Shown here piece after piece: positions 57,909 to 64,000 of a DNA stretch of 64,000 bases. Each line of letters starts with the position of its first letter. Within the stretch, counting starts at the first letter, position 1. The translations under genes were made by a program, and so were the position numbers. Origin of the DNA: an uncultured Gammaproteobacteria bacterium (lineage in GTDB: Bacteria > Patescibacteriota > Microgenomatia > Daviesbacterales > UBA10151); assembly GCA_964396715.1 (NCBI GenBank), contig CAYNFQ010000003.1:565-64564 (forward strand), read 5' to 3'. The notes under the pieces are model-generated. The model saw only the letters and a program-made list of their open reading frames with translations, made no database searches and had not been told where the DNA came from.

Positions 57909-60900
57909 TTACTTAGCCTCCTCTGTATCTATGACCTCAAACGGACTGTTTTCTGATTCAAGCTCACCTGCACTAGCAGTTGGCTTCATCTCCAGCGCTT
58001 CCTCCAATTGGGCAACTTCTTGAGCAACCTCCAACTTTTCCTCCACTTCCGGAGCCTGTACTATTTTTGCGCCCAAAGTTTCCACAGACAAACCCAAAGC
58101 CTGCAATTCTTTCACCAAAACCTTAAAAGATTCAGGAATTAACGCTTGTGGAATCTCAATCCCCTTTACAATTGCCTCAAAGGCCTTGGCCCGTCCCACC
58201 ACATCATCTGATTTGATTGTTAACATTTCCTGCAAAATGTGTGCGGCCCCATATGCCTCAAGCGCCCAAACTTCCATCTCCCCCAATCTTTGTCCGCCCA
58301 TTTGAGCCTTACCCCCAAGAGGTTGCTGAGTCACCAGCGAATAAGGGCCGGTGGAACGGGCATGAATTTTTTCCTCAACCATATGGATGAGCTTAAGGAT
58401 ATAGTTTTTGCCAACCACAATGGTGTTATTGAAAGGCAGGCCGCTTCTGCCGTCAATCAGTTTAACCTTTCCATCTTGTGGCAAACCGCTTTTTTTCAAC
58501 TCTGCTATCAGTTTGTCTTCGGGAATCTTTTCAAAAACCGGAGCGGCGACTTGATAACCCAGTCGCTCCGCCGCAAACCCCCAGTGGGTTTCCAAAAGCT
58601 GACCCAAGTTCATACGGGATAAAACAGACAGAGGAGAAATGATGATATCAACCGGCGTCCCATCCTCCAAATGCGGCATGTCAGAAGAGGGTACAATTTT
58701 GGAGATCACTCCTTTATTGCCGTGTCTTCCTGCCAGTTTGTCTCCCTCAGTCACCTTTCTCATCTGGGCAACTTTGACCTTAATTCTCATCAAAGTGCCG
58801 GTATCCAGCTCGTCTCCCTCGTCTCTGGAGAGGATTTGTACGCCAATCACTGTACCTCTTTCGCCGTGCGGGATTCTTAAAGATGTATCCCTGACCTCTT
58901 TGGCCTTCTCCCCAAAGATGGCCCTGAGCAGTCTTTCCTCGGCTGTCAGCTCGGTTTCACCCTTCGGCTGAACTTTACCAACCAAAATATCATTTGGCCC
59001 CACCTCCGCCCCGATCCTGACAATTCCCCGATCGTCCAAATTGGCCAGCGCATCCTCGGAAACATTGGGGATATCGCGGGTTAACTCCTCGAGCCCTAGC
59101 TTGGTTTCCACAACATCTACTTCATATTCCTCAATGTGGATTGAGGTTAGCAGATCTTCCTTGACTAACCTATCTGAAATAACGATGGCGTCCTCATATC
59201 CCAACCCGTCAAAGCTCATATAGGCAATTAAAAGGTTTTGACCTAAAGCCAGCTCCCCGTTTTGTGTGGCTGCGCCGTCAATTAACAGATCTCCCCTTTT
59301 CACCCTGTCTCCCACACTACAGACCGGTTTTTGGGAATAACAAGTTCCCTGGGGGGAATGGACAAACTTCTTGATCTCGAATTTGTACTCTCCTCTTTTC
59401 CCCTTCAGTATTAATTTGTTCCCGTCTACATATTTCACTGTTCCGTCTTCAGGCGCTCTGACTACCCTGCCCATATTATCCGCCACCATGCGCTCCATGC
59501 CAGTTCCCACAATCGGAGCATGGGGAATCAGTAATGGCACTGCCTGACACTGCATTTGTGTCCCCATCAAGGCCCTGTTGGCATCATCATTGCCTAAAAA
59601 CGGAATTAAAGACGCTGAAGTTCCAAAAATTTGCTGGGGGGAAACATCTATTAAGGCAATTTCACGGGCATCACCCTCGTAAAAACTGCCTTTAAAGCGC
59701 ACCGGCACCCGATCATCAACAATATAGCCTTTTTCGTTAATATTAACGGTGGCCTCGGTGATGTGATATTCCTCTTCATCATCTGCAGACAAATAGACTA
59801 CCTCATCTAAGACCTTCGGCTTGCCTCGCTCCAAAACCACTTTTCTATAAGGGGTTTCCAAAAATCCATACTCATCAATCCGGGCATAGAGCGCCAGGTA
59901 AGTCACCAGGCCAATGTTTTGTCCCTCAGGAGAACGGATGGGGTCAATCCTGCCGTATTGCGAATGATTAATATCGCGTACTGAAAATGATGCCCGATCG
60001 CGGGTGATGCCACCTGCTCCCATAACGGACAACCTTCTTAAATGATCCAGCTCGGATAAAGGGTTAACCTGGTCTAAAATTGAGGACAGTTGGGATGAGC
60101 GGAAAAATTCATTAATTGCCGCAATCACCGGTTTGGCATTGATCAGGCCGCCCGGCGTCACCAGCTGATCAGCGGCAGTCAGACTCATCCGCTCCTTAAT
60201 AATCCTTTCCAGCCGGAGCACCCCGATTCTGAAAGCATTTTGCTGCACCAATTCTCCCGCGCACCTCACCCTCCTGTTGGCCAAATGGTCTATATCATCC
60301 AACTTTCCTTCTCCGTTTACCAGCTTAATTAAATATTTTAAAGTGGCAATAATATCAGTGTTGGTCAGAATCCAATTGTCTGCTTTGTTGGGAAGATCCA
60401 AACCCAACCTTTTATTAATCTTGAATCTGCCCACCTTGGTTAAATTATAGCGTCGCCCGTTAAAAAACATTCCCTCAAGGAGCGCTTTAGCATTATCCAA
60501 AACAACCGGGTCGCCCGGCCTCATTTTTCTGAATATTTCCAAAAGCGCCTCATCGGTATTGGCGGTTGGGTCTTTTGCCAAGGTGGCATCAATATATTTT
60601 CCATCCCCCTCTTCCACATCTTTGAAAAGACCAACAATTGATGCGTTATCGGAAAACCCCAAAGCACGAAGCAGGGTGGTGGCGGCAAATTTTCTTCTTC
60701 TGTCAATTTTGGCGGTTAAAACTCCAGTTCTTGAAACATTAAACTCCAACCAGGATCCTCTGTAAGGACGGATTTCTGCTGAGTATAATCTTCTGCCAGT
60801 GATGGGATCATCAACTGCGGAAAAGAATACTCCAGGAGAGCGGACTAACTGATTAATAATCACTCTTTCCACTCCGTTAATAATAAAAGTACCTTTCTCG

Positions 60901-61325
60901 GTCATTTGGGGAATGTCGCCCAAAAATACTTCCTGCTTACTCCTCTCGCCTGTTTGTTTATTAACCAAAATTGCCTCAATTTTTAAAGGAGCGTCATATG
61001 TGACGCCTTTTTCGTGAGCCTGCTCAGCGCTATATTTTGATTTGCCAAAATAAAAGGACCCCAAGTTAAGGGTCCAGTTTTTTCCTGTAAAATCCTCAAC
61101 AGGAGAAATCTCCTGGAGGACATCTCTAATTCCTTCTTTTAAAAACCAATTATACGAATCAAGCTGCAGTTGAATTAAGTTTAGTTGCGGAGCAGGAGCG
61201 GAAGATTTATTCCAAGATTTTCTAATATTATCAATCTTTGTTGTGCTTTGTACAGACATTAGTAGATGGCCTTTGGGACAGTTCCACTTAACACCACTTA
61301 GTGTTAGATCAACAAAATGAAGCAT
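57909..61325 (-). CDS. rpoB: DNA-directed RNA polymerase subunit beta (probable true start MSVQSTT near 61259)
   Basis: Conserved regions including the rifampicin cluster, and GHKGV-like motifs. Confidence 0.95.
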   Translation of the reverse strand: MLHFVDLTLSGVKWNCPKGHLLMSVQSTTKIDNIRKSWNKSSAPAPQLNLIQLQLDSYNWFLKEGIRDVLQEISPVEDFTGKNWTLNLGSFYFGKSKYSAEQAHEKGVTYDAPLKIEAILVNKQTGERSKQEVFLGDIPQMTEKGTFIINGVERVIINQLVRSPGVFFSAVDDPITGRRLYSAEIRPYRGSWLEFNVSRTGVLTAKIDRRRKFAATTLLRALGFSDNASIVGLFKDVEEGDGKYIDATLAKDPTANTDEALLEIFRKMRPGDPVVLDNAKALLEGMFFNGRRYNLTKVGRFKINKRLGLDLPNKADNWILTNTDIIATLKYLIKLVNGEGKLDDIDHLANRRVRCAGELVQQNAFRIGVLRLERIIKERMSLTAADQLVTPGGLINAKPVIAAINEFFRSSQLSSILDQVNPLSELDHLRRLSVMGAGGITRDRASFSVRDINHSQYGRIDPIRSPEGQNIGLVTYLALYARIDEYGFLETPYRKVVLERGKPKVLDEVVYLSADDEEEYHITEATVNINEKGYIVDDRVPVRFKGSFYEGDAREIALIDVSPQQIFGTSASLIPFLGNDDANRALMGTQMQCQAVPLLIPHAPIVGTGMERMVADNMGRVVRAPEDGTVKYVDGNKLILKGKRGEYKFEIKKFVHSPQGTCYSQKPVCSVGDRVKRGDLLIDGAATQNGELALGQNLLIAYMSFDGLGYEDAIVISDRLVKEDLLTSIHIEEYEVDVVETKLGLEELTRDIPNVSEDALANLDDRGIVRIGAEVGPNDILVGKVQPKGETELTAEERLLRAIFGEKAKEVRDTSLRIPHGERGTVIGVQILSRDEGDELDTGTLMRIKVKVAQMRKVTEGDKLAGRHGNKGVISKIVPSSDMPHLEDGTPVDIIISPLSVLSRMNLGQLLETHWGFAAERLGYQVAAPVFEKIPEDKLIAELKKSGLPQDGKVKLIDGRSGLPFNNTIVVGKNYILKLIHMVEEKIHARSTGPYSLVTQQPLGGKAQMGGQRLGEMEVWALEAYGAAHILQEMLTIKSDDVVGRAKAFEAIVKGIEIPQALIPESFKVLVKELQALGLSVETLGAKIVQAPEVEEKLEVAQEVAQLEEALEMKPTASAGELESENSPFEVIDTEEAK

Positions 61326-61474
61326 ACGTACCCGTACGCCTCCGAAATTAGTTATTTGATTAACCTAAATTTACCATAAAGTATGCAGTATCGTCAAGAG
61401 GGAAAAAAGGCACATATCCCTTGAGAGCATCTTAGAGAAGTGATAGTATCTTAACTAACTGCCTAAGACTTACT

Positions 61475-62167
61475 GTGGCAAAGATAACGAAGATAACCAA
61501 AAAGCCTAATAAGTTTATTTTCCCTATTCTGTTTGAATCAGGTACAAAACAACTCGAATTTCAATCAGGTGCTGTAGAAAGTATGGAAGCAAAAACTGGT
61601 TATTTAATAGCAGGAGAAGGGGTTGTATTAACTATACTCACTACTTTTGCTACACAAGCCAAAGATTTTAAATTCAACCTCTGGATTTATCTAGGTATAA
61701 CATTATTAGGTTCTAGTTTACTCTTTTGTATCATTGTTTTATGGAATAGACATTTGAAAATTGGCATAGGAATAAAAGATTTTTACGAATCATACGTAAC
61801 TAAAACTCAAAACGAGATTCGGTTTAGAGCTCTTAATTTACTTAATTATAATTATGAGGTAAATCAAAAAGTGATAGAGAAGAAATCTGCGTTCTTTCAA
61901 CTTGCGCTTGTTACATTAGCAATTTCCCTATTGTTACTAGTAATAGGCCTTTTAAATCAAGTCTATGTACGATATAATGAGGATATGAAAAATAAACTAA
62001 CTCCAATTAATTCTAATCAGATACAAAATGATGGTCGTCAAAATTCTACGACTAGTGCGAAACCTGCTAGCGAGAGTACAAATTGGCGTTGGTATTCTTC
62101 CAACCAAAGCTTGGGTACTATCTCTGCTGACGTAATCAAGGAAAACGGAAGTTTCATAAAGAAATAG
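61475..62167 (+). CDS. Hypothetical membrane protein
   Basis: ORF track; 3-4 TM helices. Confidence 0.3.
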   Translation: MAKITKITKKPNKFIFPILFESGTKQLEFQSGAVESMEAKTGYLIAGEGVVLTILTTFATQAKDFKFNLWIYLGITLLGSSLLFCIIVLWNRHLKIGIGIKDFYESYVTKTQNEIRFRALNLLNYNYEVNQKVIEKKSAFFQLALVTLAISLLLLVIGLLNQVYVRYNEDMKNKLTPINSNQIQNDGRQNSTTSAKPASESTNWRWYSSNQSLGTISADVIKENGSFIKK

Positions 62168-62249
62168 TGCTTCTTAACTTATTCTTCATCCAACCCTATC
62201 TAAAAGTGTATAAAAACATACTGACTTTTACTGATCGAGGTTAATTAAA

Positions 62250-62669
62250 TTAAATAAGTCTAAAGTATTCTCTAGCAAGTTGTTCATCTTCTTTCATCTG
62301 TTCTATCAACTGTTCAGTTAAATCAAACTTTATGTTTCTCCTTATTTTTTTAATTAATTCAACAGAGATCCATTTACCATAAATATTTTCATTAAAATCC
62401 AAGATATAGATTTCTGCGTGAAATTTTTTCTCGTTAAAAGTTTTGGCAGCACCTATAAAAGTTAGGGCTGGATATTTTTTCTTACCTATCTTGGTGCTGG
62501 AGATATAGATACCTTCGGGGATATTCCTGGTTAAATTTATATTGGCAGTTGGAAAACCCAACTTTCTTCCTCTTTTATTATGTTTTCTTACCTTCCCCCA
62601 AATTTTATACTGCCTATCAATTTTTGAAACAACATAGGCTATGGCTGTAAAATGCTTTTTCATTTTCAT
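62250..62669 (-). CDS. Riboflavin kinase (stand-alone RibF C-terminal domain type)
   Basis: KLGFPTANINL...PEGIY...TFIGA...HAEIYILDFNENIYGKWISVELIKKIR. Confidence 0.6.
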   Translation of the reverse strand: MKMKKHFTAIAYVVSKIDRQYKIWGKVRKHNKRGRKLGFPTANINLTRNIPEGIYISSTKIGKKKYPALTFIGAAKTFNEKKFHAEIYILDFNENIYGKWISVELIKKIRRNIKFDLTEQLIEQMKEDEQLAREYFRLI

Positions 62670-63250
62670 ATAAAATGGTCTGCTAAGTAGAAATCTACAC
62701 CTGCATTTTGAGCAGCTAATTTATCGTTCAAACTGTCTCCCACAAAAAGATATTTCTCTTTATCAATTTGGGGATCATAAATCTTAGTAAATCCTTCAGG
62801 ATCTGGTTTTAATAAATTAACATCATCACGACTGATAATCTTTTTAAATTTATTTAATAATTTATACTCTTTTAAAACTCTTACTATTATCTCACTGGTA
62901 TTTGCAGACCAAATAAAAATCTGGTATTTATCTGTTTTTGATATGAAATCTAAAATCTCTGGGTTAACCTCTACACCTTTATAGTGTCCTTTCTCAAACT
63001 TAAGATTATTTTTATATATTAAATCCCGTGCTTTTTTCCCAAATTTGGAAACATATTCATTTTGTAGGGTATTTAAATCAATTTTGCCCAACATATATTT
63101 TTGATAAATAGACTGATCAAGTTTAATGAGCTCATTTTCTATGTAAACTAGAACTTTTTCCCAAGGAAGCAATAATTTAAAAATAGTTTCATCAAAATCA
63201 AATATAAGGTGTGTTTTAGGGTTTTTCTTAAGATAATCTTTTATGGACAT
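62666..63250 (-). CDS. HAD-like hydrolase / nucleotidase
   Basis: HLIFDFDETIFKL is the DxDxT motif I. Confidence 0.45.
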   Translation of the reverse strand: MSIKDYLKKNPKTHLIFDFDETIFKLLLPWEKVLVYIENELIKLDQSIYQKYMLGKIDLNTLQNEYVSKFGKKARDLIYKNNLKFEKGHYKGVEVNPEILDFISKTDKYQIFIWSANTSEIIVRVLKEYKLLNKFKKIISRDDVNLLKPDPEGFTKIYDPQIDKEKYLFVGDSLNDKLAAQNAGVDFYLADHFI

Positions 63251-63279
63251 ACTGTGGGATATTCTACCATTAAGAAAAT

Positions 63280-64000
63280 TTATGGATGATTTGCAACGTT
63301 GGCATTGTGTTCATCCAATGTTTTTGCATAATATGAATTGCCTTTTGAATCATGATAGTAATATAAATACGGAGTTAAAGGATCTGCATTTGCCACAGCT
63401 TTGAGGGAGGAAAGCGAAGGATTGGCAATGGGTTTTGGTGGAAAGCCTGAGTGAATATAGGTATTGTACGGAGAATCTATTTTTAAATCCTCATGAGTTA
63501 GCTGTTTTTTCCACCATCCGCCAGCTGGCGGATTTTCATCCTTTTGATAGCCCAGCGCATATTGTACCGTGGCATCGGCATTTAAGGCCATGCCGATTTT
63601 AAACCTTTTTAAAAGTATTGATGCCACCATTTTTCTCACCTCATCTGAGCGAGCCTCCCGCTCCACAATTGATGCTAAAATCACCCCTTCATCTTCACTT
63701 AGCCCCTGATTTTTAATTTTGATTCTTATTTCATCGGAATATTTTTTTTCAAAATTATCCATCATTATTTCTGCAATTTGTTTTGCAGAATATTCTTTAG
63801 GAAAAAGATATGTATCCGGAAATATATATCCCTCTTTTGCAACACTAATAAATTTGTCATTTGGAATTTGGAATTTGGAATTTATCTCCTCTGCCATCTC
63901 CTCCACCCTCCATCCTTCCAAAAGTGTCACCCAAAGGTCAAGGGGTTGCTCTGTCAAAGTTTGTAAAATCTCCCTGCTTGTTTGTGATGGAGAAAGCCTG
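63280..64000 (-). CDS. mltG: Endolytic murein transglycosylase MltG/YceG-like, partial. The frame stays open upstream to the window end, and the track start at 63957 is a TTG.
   Basis: C-terminal YYAKTLDEHNANV motif typical of YceG/MltG; contains a heptamer array. Confidence 0.55.
   Translation of the reverse strand, partial: RLSPSQTSREILQTLTEQPLDLWVTLLEGWRVEEMAEEINSKFQIPNDKFISVAKEGYIFPDTYLFPKEYSAKQIAEIMMDNFEKKYSDEIRIKIKNQGLSEDEGVILASIVEREARSDEVRKMVASILLKRFKIGMALNADATVQYALGYQKDENPPAGGWWKKQLTHEDLKIDSPYNTYIHSGFPPKPIANPSLSSLKAVANADPLTPYLYYYHDSKGNSYYAKTLDEHNANVANHP
63852..63886. repeat. (ATTTGGA)x3-4 inside mltG, encoding SKFQIPN
   Basis: Seen directly. Confidence 0.85.

Noticed and set aside
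1-64000. CRISPR array or cas genes
   Set aside because: The only periodic repeats are 7-bp and 20-bp tandem arrays without spacers. No 25-40-bp repeat/spacer periodicity and no cas-like ORFs were found.

Overview
This is a low-GC (about 35%) bacterial window dominated by a minus-strand ribosomal-protein and RNA-polymerase super-cluster. Gene order on the minus strand is rpoB-rpoC-rpsL-rpsG ... fusA ... tuf-rpsJ ... rplC-rplD-rplW-rplB-rpsS-rplV-rpsC-rplP-rpmC-rpsQ-rplN-rplX-rplE-rpsZ-rpsH-rplF-rplR-rpsE-rplO-secY ... adk-map-infA-rpmJ-rpsM-rpsK-rpsD-rpoA-rplQ-rplM-rpsI. Other housekeeping genes present are recA/recX, rny, hup, miaA, metK and a phosphohexomutase. rpmD (L30) is absent between rpsE and rplO, and many r-proteins carry unusual N- or C-terminal extensions (L3, L4, L17, L22, L23, L24+Zn-ribbon, S12, S13, S17). 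This pattern is consistent with a Candidate-Phyla-Radiation-like lineage, but that is an inference, not a measurement.

The conserved operons are interrupted repeatedly by foreign or accessory insertions:
- a 4.2 kb block between rpsJ and rplC carrying a 1081-aa LTD/beta-helix/FN3 surface protein, a frameshifted DUF2283 gene and a standalone sigma-70 region-4 fragment, bounded by a duplicated rpsJ 3-prime end;
- a HigB/HigA-like toxin-antitoxin pair, a GreA N-domain-only gene and an atypical histidine phosphatase between rpsG and fusA;
- an NYN-domain gene and an acidic secreted protein between fusA and tuf;
- a small DUF5678-like gene, a retropepsin-like protease and a 204-aa ORF between secY and adk;
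- a RelE/RHH toxin-antitoxin pair after rpsI.

The most unusual locus lies between recA and a tRNA-Pro(GGG). It is a prophage or island remnant with a terminase-small-subunit-like gene and two tandem large serine recombinases. The second recombinase is flanked by a perfect 100-bp inverted repeat that abuts the tRNA 3-prime CCA. The first recombinase ends in a 76-bp inverted repeat whose partner lies 930 bp downstream. A 15-bp inverted repeat and a 12-bp-stem hairpin sit inside that segment. Together these look like candidate nested invertible DNA switches.

A second genome-scale oddity is a family of short heptanucleotide tandem arrays (3-6 units), often next to GC-rich hairpins. They sit at gene junctions and have been absorbed into the termini of essential genes. 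One example is the peptide QVTSNK, encoded by (CAAGTAA)n, found in L17, L2 and L4. Related observations are a 32-bp GC-rich element present twice and a 20-bp SD-containing unit triplicated between rpsM and rpsK.

No rRNA, CRISPR array or cas genes were seen.
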